DNA from: Marinilabiliaceae bacterium
Lineage (GTDB): Bacteria; Bacteroidota; Bacteroidia; Bacteroidales; VadinHA17
NCBI GenBank assembly: GCA_036350795.1
Contig: JAZBNV010000017.1
Location: forward strand, 7,941-71,940
DNA length: 64,000 nt
Direction of reading: 5' to 3'
Below the pieces are notes generated by a model. It made no database searches, was not told the DNA's origin, and saw nothing but the letters and a program-made list of their open reading frames with translations. Below are positions 1 through 8,843 of the stretch, piece by piece (position 1 is the stretch's first letter; each line of letters begins with the position of its first letter). A program made the translations under genes and the position numbers.

Positions 1-19
1 ATGGGATAACAGAACTGAA

Positions 20-448
20 ATGACTATTGAAGAGGTTCAAAGGGAAATAGTTGAGGAATTCTCGGTATTCGACGATTGGATGGATAAGTATAATTACCTG
101 ATAGACCTGGGAAAAGGTCTTGAGGTTCTTGACGAAAAATATAAAACAAAAGATTACCTTATCGAGGGATGCCAGTCGAAGGTATGGCTTTACCCTGAAA
201 TTAAAGACGGTAAAGTATTCTTTAAGGCTGAAAGCGATGCAATTATAACACGAGGGATTGTGGCACTGCTCGTAAAGGTAGTGTCGGGAAGGACTCCCGG
301 CGAGATACTTGACTCAGAGCTTAAGTTTATAGATGAAATAGGACTGAAGCAGAATCTGTCGCCTACAAGGTCGAACGGATTGCTGGCAATGGTGAAACAA
401 ATGAAGCTGTATGCCCTGGCATACAAGGTTAAAGAAGGAGGGAATTAA
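20..448 (+). CDS. sufE: SufE-type sulfur acceptor protein (cysteine desulfuration)
   Basis: 142-aa ORF with the SufE active-site context IEGCQSKVWL. Followed directly by a DUF59 Fe-S assembly gene. Confidence 0.85.
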   Translation: MTIEEVQREIVEEFSVFDDWMDKYNYLIDLGKGLEVLDEKYKTKDYLIEGCQSKVWLYPEIKDGKVFFKAESDAIITRGIVALLVKVVSGRTPGEILDSELKFIDEIGLKQNLSPTRSNGLLAMVKQMKLYALAYKVKEGGN

Positions 449-449
449 T

Positions 450-770
450 ATGAATCCGAACGAATATATGGAAACAGAAGCGCGGATTGTAGGAGTGCTT
501 AAATCAATATATGATCCTGAAATACCGGCAAATATCTATGATCTTGGATTGATTTACGAGATCAGTATTGACGGGGAGCAGATTGCTCATATTACTATGA
601 CACTTACAGCTCCCAACTGCCCAATGGCCGAAATGATTGTTGAGGAGGTGAAGTACAAGGTTGCAGGTACAAAAGGGGTCAGGGAATGTGACCTTATATT
701 AACTTTTGACCCGCCATGGGATAAAAGCATGATGACCGAGGAAGCAAAGCTGGAACTCGGTTTCCTGTAG
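450..770 (+). CDS. DUF59 / SufT-like Fe-S cluster assembly protein
   Basis: The tracked ORF starts at 411 but overlaps sufE. The ATG at 450 lies 2 nt after the sufE stop. Has the DUF59-type motif TLTAPNCPMAEMI. Confidence 0.75.
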   Translation: MNPNEYMETEARIVGVLKSIYDPEIPANIYDLGLIYEISIDGEQIAHITMTLTAPNCPMAEMIVEEVKYKVAGTKGVRECDLILTFDPPWDKSMMTEEAKLELGFL

Positions 771-784
771 CAGAAAAGAATGTT

Positions 785-1717
785 ATGACTGACAAAAAGA
801 AACTGAGCAAGCTGATAATAAACAAAAGCCGGGAGCTCGGTTTTTCTTTTTGTGGCATTGCAAAATGCGAAGCCCTTGACTGGCACAGGCCTTTGCTTGA
901 GAAATGGCTGGAAAAGGGTTACCAGGCTGATATGGCGTGGATGGAGCAGAACAATGACAAAAGGCTTGATCCATCATTGCTGGTAAATGGAGCCAGGAGT
1001 GTTATTGTATTGGCTTATAATTATTACCAGGAGTATCCGGCAGCGAATGATAAGCCTTTGTTTTCGAGATATGCACTCGGGAAGGATTATCATAAGGTGC
1101 TAAAGGATAAGATTTATATATTGCTGGAAGAGCTCAGATCTGCTGCGGGGAAGGTGGAAGGCAGGGTCTTTGTTGATTCTGCCCCTCTTTTGGAGAGGGC
1201 CTGGGCAGAAAAGGCCGGACTGGGATGGATTGGTAAGAACAGTATGCTTATTAACCCGCGTGAGGGATCATGGTTCTTCCTGGGGGAACTTGTAATTGAT
1301 CTCGAACTTGATTATACCGGCGAAAGGATTCGCGATTACTGCGGATCATGTACTAAATGTATTGATGCATGTCCAACAGGTGCAATTACGGAGAGCAGAA
1401 CCCTTGATTCATCAAAATGCATATCCTACCTTACAATTGAGAAGAAAGGGAATTTTTCAGACAGCGAAAGAACACAGCTGAATAATTATGTCTTTGGCTG
1501 TGATATCTGCCAGGAGATTTGTCCGTGGAATAAAAAGGCAAAACCCACTGACGAAAAAGCATTTTCACCCTTATCACAGCTGTTAGTATACAAGCCCGAT
1601 GACTGGCAAAAAATAACGGAAGATGAATTTTCTTCCATCTTCCGCGAATCTCCTGTATTACGTACAGGCTATGAGGGCTTTAAAAGAAATATTGCTGCAG
1701 TGTCAGAACTTTACTGA
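785..1717 (+). CDS. queG: tRNA epoxyqueuosine(34) reductase
   Basis: 310 aa. Two ferredoxin-type cysteine clusters (CGSCTKCIDACPTGA and CDICQEICPWN) and QueG-like overall architecture. Confidence 0.85.
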   Translation: MTDKKKLSKLIINKSRELGFSFCGIAKCEALDWHRPLLEKWLEKGYQADMAWMEQNNDKRLDPSLLVNGARSVIVLAYNYYQEYPAANDKPLFSRYALGKDYHKVLKDKIYILLEELRSAAGKVEGRVFVDSAPLLERAWAEKAGLGWIGKNSMLINPREGSWFFLGELVIDLELDYTGERIRDYCGSCTKCIDACPTGAITESRTLDSSKCISYLTIEKKGNFSDSERTQLNNYVFGCDICQEICPWNKKAKPTDEKAFSPLSQLLVYKPDDWQKITEDEFSSIFRESPVLRTGYEGFKRNIAAVSELY

Positions 1718-2581
1718 CAGGCCTATTCCCAGTATCTCCTTAAACTGTACCTGTGGTCCCTGTGATATCCCTTCAGAGTCAATATAGTCAACATCATCAT
1801 CGTAAAGGAGGTGGGTTGAAATATTTGCCGACAGGAACTCGTTTACTTTCATATTTATCATCATCTTCCAGCTAACATCAATATTAAGGGGAGAATTGAA
1901 GTAATTGGAAAACAGGTCAAGGGTTGATGTTAAAGTTACGTTCTTAAAAATTTCCCTGTTAACTCCCATCTTTACTGTTCCCCCGAATTCTGACCTGGTG
2001 TTTTTTCCTGCTTCAACCCCGAAAGAGCCCACCGTGGAAAGCGAATCGTTCATTACGAGTGTTATTTTGCCTCCCAGTGGAGATGCTGAAAAGTAAAAAG
2101 AGTCTGATGGCTTGTATTCCATACCTATTGCAAGTATTATATAACCGGGTGACATAAAATCTGAAATAACAACCTTGCCTGCATCAGTTTCCTTATAGCC
2201 CCTGGTAAATTGTGTTTTAAAGTTCAGCATTCCACTCACGTACCAGTTGCCAGAGGTTTTGCGACCATATTTTGAAAGCAAATCAAGATGATCATCAGTC
2301 TTTCCGGCATCTTTATCACCTACTTTCTGTATGCCATAGCCAATGTCAATACTGTTGTCCCAGGAGGTATTTTCCTTAGCATAATTAATGCTGAATGCCG
2401 AAAGAGCATTTACGGCGTACGAACTTTCTCCTCCCTGTGCCCATTTACTGAGACTTACCTGTGAAAAATTCAGTGATGCCATCCCGCTTGATTTCCATGG
2501 GCCATCAAGCTGTGTAGTGTCCTGTGCAAACACTGAATATGACGTAAATAATACTGTAAGAGCTAAAATATATTTCTTCAT
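1703..2581 (-). CDS. DUF3078-like outer-membrane beta-barrel protein
   Basis: 292 aa. Signal peptide MKKYILALTVLFTSYSVFAQ, alternating beta-strand pattern, C-terminal Phe (LSVKF). Confidence 0.55.
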   Translation of the reverse strand: MKKYILALTVLFTSYSVFAQDTTQLDGPWKSSGMASLNFSQVSLSKWAQGGESSYAVNALSAFSINYAKENTSWDNSIDIGYGIQKVGDKDAGKTDDHLDLLSKYGRKTSGNWYVSGMLNFKTQFTRGYKETDAGKVVISDFMSPGYIILAIGMEYKPSDSFYFSASPLGGKITLVMNDSLSTVGSFGVEAGKNTRSEFGGTVKMGVNREIFKNVTLTSTLDLFSNYFNSPLNIDVSWKMMINMKVNEFLSANISTHLLYDDDVDYIDSEGISQGPQVQFKEILGIGLSVKF

Positions 2582-2626
2582 GTAGTTTCTTTTAGGAAGT
2601 AATAGATAATCGGTGCTTGGTCTTTA

Positions 2627-3460
2627 TCATTTGTGGTTATAAACATGTACGTCAGTCTGCGGATAAGGAATTGAAACACCTTCCTTATCGAAGTCTTTCT
2701 TAACCTGTTCAGTAACATCAAAAAATACATCCCAGTAGTCGCCAGCTTCAACCCAGACTCTAACTGCAAAATTTACAGAACTGTCTGCAAGTTCACTTAC
2801 CCTTACAAAAGGGGCCGGGTCTTTCTTTACCTTAGCATGCCTGTCAACAATGGAGAGTAAAATTTTTCTTGCCTTTTCAATATCATCCCCGTAACCAATC
2901 CCGAACGAAAAATCAACCCTCCTTGTAGTCTGTGCAGAATAGTTTATTAGCGATCCTGTTGCAATGGGTGAATTAGGAATAATAATGGTTTTATTGTCGG
3001 GGGTGTTTAATACGGTGGTAAAAATCTGTATTTCCTTTACAGTGCCTGCGTAACCCTGGGTGTCGATGTAATCGCCTACCTTATAAGGCTTGAACAGGAG
3101 TATTATTACTCCTCCGGCAAAATTCTGCAGTGTTCCCTGGAGGGCAAGGCCTACAGCAAGTCCGGCTGCACCAAGCACTGCAATAAAGGAGGTCATTTGT
3201 ACCCCAACCATGCCCAGAACACTAATAAATACCAGTATTTTTAAGCCAACTGAAGCAAGACTCCTGAGGAAGGGGATAAGTGACTCACTGACACCTGCCT
3301 TTTTCATTATTCTTACCAGCCCTTTTGTCAGTGATCTGACAATCATCAGGCCAATTACAAGGACTACTATCGCCAGCAATAATTTTATTCCGTATGTAGT
3401 GGCGAGCTCAATTATTTTATCCCATAAGCCCTGGAAGTCAAAATTTGTAGCATTTTCCAT
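2627..3460 (-). CDS. MscS-family mechanosensitive ion channel
   Basis: 277 aa. Three N-terminal TM helices followed by an MscS beta-domain signature (YKVGDYIDTQGYAGTVKEIQIFTTVLNTPDNKTIIIPNS). Confidence 0.85.
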   Translation of the reverse strand: MENATNFDFQGLWDKIIELATTYGIKLLLAIVVLVIGLMIVRSLTKGLVRIMKKAGVSESLIPFLRSLASVGLKILVFISVLGMVGVQMTSFIAVLGAAGLAVGLALQGTLQNFAGGVIILLFKPYKVGDYIDTQGYAGTVKEIQIFTTVLNTPDNKTIIIPNSPIATGSLINYSAQTTRRVDFSFGIGYGDDIEKARKILLSIVDRHAKVKKDPAPFVRVSELADSSVNFAVRVWVEAGDYWDVFFDVTEQVKKDFDKEGVSIPYPQTDVHVYNHK

Positions 3461-3529
3461 AATAATAAGATTTAGGTTTATTAATTCTTTTAAATATTAA
3501 CAATATTTTTTCGAAAAGGTTAAAAGAGA

Positions 3530-3934
3530 TTATTCTCCTGTAATCAGCACAGCTATTTCCCTTTCTCTTCGCGGGCCGTCAAATTCACAAAAGAAGATAT
3601 TCTGCCAGGTGGATAAAACCATGCTTGCCCCTGAGATTGGGATTGACTCTGAGGGCCCGACTATCCCGGCTTTCAAATGACTGTCGCCATTATTATCCTG
3701 TTTGTCATGTTCCCATACACCTTCGGGTATAAGTTTATTAAGAAGACTTATTACATCCTTCTGCACAGAATTATCCCAGTTCTCCTGGATCATTATTGCA
3801 GCAGTAGATCCCCTTGCAAAGATGCTTGCCAGGCCGGTGGTAACGCCTGAAATCCTCACAAGCTCTTTTACTTCTTCAGTAATATCATACAGGCCCTGCT
3901 TTGAGTCAGTTTGTATTTTAATAGTAGTGTACAT
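3530..3934 (-). CDS. YjbQ/UPF0047 family protein (secondary thiamine-phosphate synthase type)
   Basis: 134 aa. Family-typical motifs ITEEV, TAAIMIQEN and GDSHLKAGIVGPSESIPI. Confidence 0.8.
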   Translation of the reverse strand: MYTTIKIQTDSKQGLYDITEEVKELVRISGVTTGLASIFARGSTAAIMIQENWDNSVQKDVISLLNKLIPEGVWEHDKQDNNGDSHLKAGIVGPSESIPISGASMVLSTWQNIFFCEFDGPRREREIAVLITGE

Positions 3935-4024
3935 AGCTTAATATTATAAATTTAAGAAAATGATCTGATTTTTTTACCTTGTCCGGTATAAATCGTATTA
4001 ATAGTAGAAAGCAAAACTGACAAT

Positions 4025-4570
4025 TTGGATTTTACAGAATATACCAGGGCTATAAAAAAAGGTGACCGGCTCGTTTTCAGGGAATTTGTCGAAATGTCAT
4101 TCGGCAGGGTGTTCGGGCTGGCTTTTAAAATGACTGCAGATAAGTATATCAGCGAGGATATCGTGCAGGAGACCTTTATTAAGGTATGGGAAAAACGATC
4201 ATTGATAAGGGAAGACGGTTCACTTATCAGCTGGACGCTCAGAATCGCAACAAATTTGTGCCTCGACTACCTGAGAAAGCAGAAAAGAAATAAGCAGAGC
4301 AGCAGTTCTGAATATACACGGGATCTGATTTCGGCTGCCGACTCTGATAAAGAGCTGAGAGATGAAGAAGCGGCAGCATTGTTGAATAAGCTTACGGCCA
4401 TGCTAAGCCCCAGACAGAGAATGGTGTTTACCCTTTCGGTAATAGACGAATTAAGTGCAGATGAGATAAGTTTAATAAGCGGACTGTCAAAGGAAAGAAT
4501 TAAGAGTAACCTGTACCATGCCAGGCAGGAGGTCAGAAAAAACTGGGAAAAACTATATGCTGATGAATAA
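4025..4570 (+). CDS. ECF-type RNA polymerase sigma-70 family factor
   Basis: 181 aa. Region 2 (DIVQETFIKVWEK) and region 4 HTH (LSADEISLISGLSKERIKSNLYHARQ). Apparent TTG start at 4025. Confidence 0.8.
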   Translation: MDFTEYTRAIKKGDRLVFREFVEMSFGRVFGLAFKMTADKYISEDIVQETFIKVWEKRSLIREDGSLISWTLRIATNLCLDYLRKQKRNKQSSSSEYTRDLISAADSDKELRDEEAAALLNKLTAMLSPRQRMVFTLSVIDELSADEISLISGLSKERIKSNLYHARQEVRKNWEKLYADE

Positions 4571-5054
4571 GGAAAAAGAGATTGAAAGATCAATTGAAAG
4601 ATTAAAAGGCTATGTGCCCGAAACCGGCAGGAGGAATGCTATTATTGACAGTGTAATGTCGGCAACATATATCGAAAAGGGTAGCGCTTACCCGGGCATT
4701 TTGTCTTATATATTCAGATGGGCAGAATACCCTGTACTTAGAAAAGCCCTGGTAACACTTTCATTTATCCTGGTCCTGGTTTTTACGGGTCAGCAGATAT
4801 TAATTATAAACCGGATAGATAAGCTTGAGGGCAGGGTAGTGGAAAGCACAACCCTTCAATTACTGGAGCACCAGGGAAGAAATGTGCTAATAAAGTCTGC
4901 AATCAAAACAAGTGCAGACGACAGGGATAATGTAGACAGTATTATGGTGGCCAACAAAGACCTGAGATCACTGGTAGAATCTTATAACAGGCTGCAGAAA
5001 CAATATACAGACCTGGAAAACCTTTATCGCGATAAGGTAAAATCAAAACTTTAA
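4557..5054 (+). CDS. Single-pass membrane protein, putative anti-sigma factor
   Basis: The ATG at 4557 overlaps the sigma gene stop by 14 nt. One central TM helix (LVTLSFILVLVFTG) and a coiled-coil-like C-terminus. The role is inferred from position only. Confidence 0.4.
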   Translation: MLMNKEKEIERSIERLKGYVPETGRRNAIIDSVMSATYIEKGSAYPGILSYIFRWAEYPVLRKALVTLSFILVLVFTGQQILIINRIDKLEGRVVESTTLQLLEHQGRNVLIKSAIKTSADDRDNVDSIMVANKDLRSLVESYNRLQKQYTDLENLYRDKVKSKL

Positions 5055-5072
5055 TTATTAAAAACAGGAAAA

Positions 5073-6113
5073 ATGAAAAGAATAGTTAATTATTTACTTA
5101 TACTGGGATTTATTTTTATGATTCCCTCGTGCGATGAGGAGGATTTGCTTCTTATTAATATTGTTCACCCTGACGGCTCTGTGCTTCGCAGGATTATTAT
5201 GACCTGGGATAAACCCGATTTCAATATTGCCGAATCAAAGGTCCCCCTCGACAGTACCTGGGCCATTTCGGATACTAATTATATAGCGGGATTAAAAGAT
5301 ACTGTTTATCAGCTGATAGCAGAGAAACACTTTGACAGGGTTGAAGCAATAAATGAAAGCTATAATAATGACAATGGGCCAAACAGGCTTGTAGAGCGCT
5401 GGGCATCTTTTGACAGGAACTTTAAATGGTTCACTACCTCATACAGATATTCAGAAAACACAGGAGGGGCAATAGAAGGGTACCTTCCCGGGGAATTTCT
5501 CTCTGAAGACGAGCTTAATATTTTCTATATGCCTGAGAAAATAGCCCAGGATTTTAAGTCCGGGCCAGACAGTGTTCTGTACAGGCAAAGGTTCGATGAG
5601 CTTGAAGAAAAAAAGGAGGAGTGGTTAGGCAGGTCACTGGTTAAGGCGGCCTTCCTGGAGATCGAAGAGCTAAAGAAAGGTGATCCTGAATCGGATCTTG
5701 ATATGGAAATGCTGTGGGAGGGAGAGGAAGAATTTGCACGCATCCTCTTTGACGAGGATAGCCTTGGTCTGGTTGTTGATTCGGTTTATGGCAAGGGTTT
5801 TATGGAAAAGAACCGGGTGTTGATTGACTCGGCAATTGAAGTTCTGGAAGCTAAACTGGAGATTGCTTTCAACTGCAAAAGCTACCTTATCCAGACCCAG
5901 ATGCCGGGAGAAGTGGTATCAACAAACGGATATATTGATTCTGACGGTAATATTGTATGGGAGGTGGATGGAGATGTAATATTATGTTCAGACTACTCAA
6001 TGTATGCCGAATCAGTAACAGGCAATACCTGGGCCTGGTTAGTAAGTGCGGGATTTGTAATATTTGTTGTTGCAGGACTCTTATTCAGAAAAAACAAGAG
6101 GGTGGCCTCCTGA
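5073..6113 (+). CDS. Lipoprotein of unknown function with a C-terminal TM anchor
   Basis: 346 aa. Lipobox FMIPSC, acidic central region, C-terminal hydrophobic helix WAWLVSAGFVIFVVAGLLF. Third gene of the sigma/anti-sigma string. Confidence 0.55.
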   Translation: MKRIVNYLLILGFIFMIPSCDEEDLLLINIVHPDGSVLRRIIMTWDKPDFNIAESKVPLDSTWAISDTNYIAGLKDTVYQLIAEKHFDRVEAINESYNNDNGPNRLVERWASFDRNFKWFTTSYRYSENTGGAIEGYLPGEFLSEDELNIFYMPEKIAQDFKSGPDSVLYRQRFDELEEKKEEWLGRSLVKAAFLEIEELKKGDPESDLDMEMLWEGEEEFARILFDEDSLGLVVDSVYGKGFMEKNRVLIDSAIEVLEAKLEIAFNCKSYLIQTQMPGEVVSTNGYIDSDGNIVWEVDGDVILCSDYSMYAESVTGNTWAWLVSAGFVIFVVAGLLFRKNKRVAS

Positions 6114-6122
6114 GCCACCCTC
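6098..6122. terminator. Perfect 9-bp-stem hairpin between convergent genes (no clear U-tract)
   Basis: GAGGGTGGC-ctcctga-GCCACCCTC. It spans the stop codon of the 5073-6113 gene. Confidence 0.35.
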
Positions 6123-6147
6123 CTGCATATAGTGTATTGCATTTACT

Positions 6148-6651
6148 TTACCTGTAGTCAGTCAGAATTTCCATCAGTTTCTTCCTTGTGAAGAATATCC
6201 GGCTCTTTACAGTACCAATCTTTAAACCAAGTTTATCAGAAATTTCTTTATACTTAAAGCCCTGGAGATGCATTCTGAAGGGAACTTTAAACTCATCCTC
6301 AAGGGTATCTATTACCTTGTTTATTTCGTCGGCAGAATAACTTGACTCCGGAGAAACGAAGCCAGACTCCTGTGGCAGATTAATAAAATAAAGATCCTGT
6401 GAACCGTCAATTATGGTATTTTCTTTTACCGATCTCCTGTAATTGTTGATAAAGGTGTTTTTCATTATTGTAAACACCCATGCTTTTAGATTTGTATAGT
6501 CAACGAACTTGTCCTTATATGTAATAGCCTTCATATAGGTGTCCTGCACCAGGTCTTCAGCTCTTGTGTAGTCAGAGGTAAGACTGAGGGCAAATTTCAT
6601 CATATTGTCTTCGAGACTTATCAGGTTGTTATTGAATTCTACTGCTGTCAT
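6148..6651 (-). CDS. ECF-type RNA polymerase sigma-70 family factor
   Basis: 167 aa. Region 2 (DLVQDTYMKAI) and region 4 (FKYKEISDKLGLKIGTVKSRIFFTRKKL). Confidence 0.8.
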   Translation of the reverse strand: MTAVEFNNNLISLEDNMMKFALSLTSDYTRAEDLVQDTYMKAITYKDKFVDYTNLKAWVFTIMKNTFINNYRRSVKENTIIDGSQDLYFINLPQESGFVSPESSYSADEINKVIDTLEDEFKVPFRMHLQGFKYKEISDKLGLKIGTVKSRIFFTRKKLMEILTDYR

Positions 6652-6948
6652 GATCCTGTGTTTTTTGGTTTGATTTCAAAACAAATATATAACGATAATA
6701 AAGGATAAACAAATCTTAATATCTTAAACTCCTGCTAATCTAAGCTTGTTTAAAATAATGAATGGTGTATAAAACAAAGAAAATCAGGCAGATGTGTTGC
6801 CCTGGAAGCCCTGTGTTCTAAATAATGTAAAAATAAGGTATATCCTTAAACAATTTCAGGGTGGCCCGATAAGCCTTTTTTAGTTATAGCATGGCGTTTC
6901 GCTTTGTAAGCTGTATTTTGTACTTTAGTAGAGTTTAATGATATAAAT

Positions 6949-7767
6949 ATGGAAATAAATATTCGGCTTAACCGGGATATGGAAGTACCCGGTTTTATAA
7001 GCAAGCCTGAAGGCGAGGTAAAGAAAGTGATCCTGTTAATTCATGGCCTCGGCGAACATTCAGCAAGGTATAAAGACTGGGCTGCCAGCTTTGCGGCAGA
7101 AGGCTTTGCCGTGGTAGCGGCCGACCTTCCTGGTCATGGCATGGCTCCCGGGCGCAAGGGGCATATCGAAAGCTACCAGGTGTATAATAATCTTATCGAT
7201 AATATGGCTGATCTTGCGTCAGCAGAGTTTCCGGGCCTAAAAACCGGCATTTACGGGCATAGCCTGGGAGGCAATATTTCACTTAATTATTTGCTTACCA
7301 ATCTTTCCGGACTTGATTTTGCAGTTATTACATCGCCATGGTTAATCCTGGCTAACAAACCATCGGGTCTTAAGATGGCCATGGCCAGAGTACTTAACTG
7401 CCTTGTTCCGAAATTATTACTGGCTAATGGCTTGAATAAGAGTCATATATCACATGTTGAGGATGTTACAAGGAAATATTCAGAAGATCCGCTTGTTCAC
7501 GACAGGATTTCGGTAAGGCTCGGGGTAGAGGCGAGCGAGGCAGCAGAGAGAATACTCGAAACAGGTACTTTAATTGATATCCCGGTTCTTTTATTGCATG
7601 GTTCTGATGATTTGATCTGTTCGCCTGAAGGTTCTGTCAGTCTTGCTTCAGACAAGGATAATTTTGAACTTAAGATCTTTGAGGGAGGTTATCACGAACT
7701 CCATAATGAATCTTTCAGGGATGATGTATTTACTTATATTGCAAAGTGGCTTGATTTATTACCCTAG
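6949..7767 (+). CDS. Alpha/beta hydrolase (lysophospholipase / monoacylglycerol lipase-like)
   Basis: 272 aa. HG oxyanion motif (LLIHGLGEH), nucleophile elbow GHSLGG, C-terminal HGSDD and H in YHELHNE. Confidence 0.8.
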   Translation: MEINIRLNRDMEVPGFISKPEGEVKKVILLIHGLGEHSARYKDWAASFAAEGFAVVAADLPGHGMAPGRKGHIESYQVYNNLIDNMADLASAEFPGLKTGIYGHSLGGNISLNYLLTNLSGLDFAVITSPWLILANKPSGLKMAMARVLNCLVPKLLLANGLNKSHISHVEDVTRKYSEDPLVHDRISVRLGVEASEAAERILETGTLIDIPVLLLHGSDDLICSPEGSVSLASDKDNFELKIFEGGYHELHNESFRDDVFTYIAKWLDLLP

Positions 7768-8748
7768 ATGGAATTCAGGACTGCCATAAAGCCGGAGAGA
7801 TCTGCATTACGAATAGCTTATAATGACAGCTTATTTTTATTGGGCTCCTGTTTTGCTTCAGAGATTGGAAGCTGGCTTAAAAGGACAAAATTTAATGTTA
7901 CAATTAATCCATTCGGGGTATTATATAACCCGGCTTCGGTGGCAGGGGCATTAAGGATTCTTATCGGCGGACAGACTTTAAGTAATGATGATCTGTTCTG
8001 TTACAGGGGAAGATACCTGAGCTTCAGGCATGACACTTCGTTCTCAAATCCGGATCCTTTTGTTGCCCTGGATAAAATTAATAAATCCATAGCAGAGGGA
8101 TCCCGGAAATTAAAGACTGCTTCCTGCCTTTTTATAACTTTTGGAACTGCACGTATTTACCGTCTGAAATCGAATAATGAAATAGTATCCAACTGTCATA
8201 AAATACCCGCCGGTGAATTTACCAGGGAAATTCTGGGACAGGACGATATTGCAGATCAATGGTCTACCCTCCTGGCAGATATAAGAGAGTATAACCCTGC
8301 ATTAAAAATAATATTCACGGTAAGCCCTGTGCGCCACTGGAAGGATGGAGCCTATGGGAACCAGCTCAGTAAATCTGTTCTCTTTGTAGCCATTGATAAA
8401 ATTATCAAACAAAACCCGGGAACATCCTACTTTCCAGGCTATGAGCTGGTTATGGACGATCTGAGGGACTACAGGTATTATGCAGATGACTTACTTCATC
8501 CTTCCTCCATGGCTGTTGAGTATATCTGGGATTTCTTTAAAGCAAGCTATTTTGACACTGATACCGGTAAACTGGCAGATAAGATCCTTAAAATTACCAG
8601 GGCATACGAGCATATTACAGGCACATCAGATATTGAAGAGCTCAGATTATTCGGCAGGAATATGCTCGAAAAAATCGATGCCATAGTAGCCACGAACAAG
8701 GAGATTGATCTTTCAGCAGAAAGGGAATATTTTTCTAAGCTTGTTTAA
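7768..8748 (+). CDS. GSCFA-domain protein
   Basis: 326 aa. Literal GSCFA motif (LFLLGSCFASEIG). Start abuts the upstream stop. Confidence 0.8.
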   Translation: MEFRTAIKPERSALRIAYNDSLFLLGSCFASEIGSWLKRTKFNVTINPFGVLYNPASVAGALRILIGGQTLSNDDLFCYRGRYLSFRHDTSFSNPDPFVALDKINKSIAEGSRKLKTASCLFITFGTARIYRLKSNNEIVSNCHKIPAGEFTREILGQDDIADQWSTLLADIREYNPALKIIFTVSPVRHWKDGAYGNQLSKSVLFVAIDKIIKQNPGTSYFPGYELVMDDLRDYRYYADDLLHPSSMAVEYIWDFFKASYFDTDTGKLADKILKITRAYEHITGTSDIEELRLFGRNMLEKIDAIVATNKEIDLSAEREYFSKLV

Positions 8749-8843
8749 TAACAAAAGGGATCCTTTTTTATGTTAAAAAGCGTGAACTTTATTTGTGCCG
8801 GCATGTTTAAATAATAAAACGTAAAGCTAAACAAAACTAACTG

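Noticed and set aside
881-896. TGGCAC followed by TTGC
   Set aside because: The spacer is 6 nt rather than 5, and the site is inside the queG coding sequence.
8754-8770. Terminator after the GSCFA gene (AAAAGGGATCCTTTTT)
   Set aside because: The palindrome centres on GGATCC and leaves essentially no loop, so it is not a credible stable hairpin.
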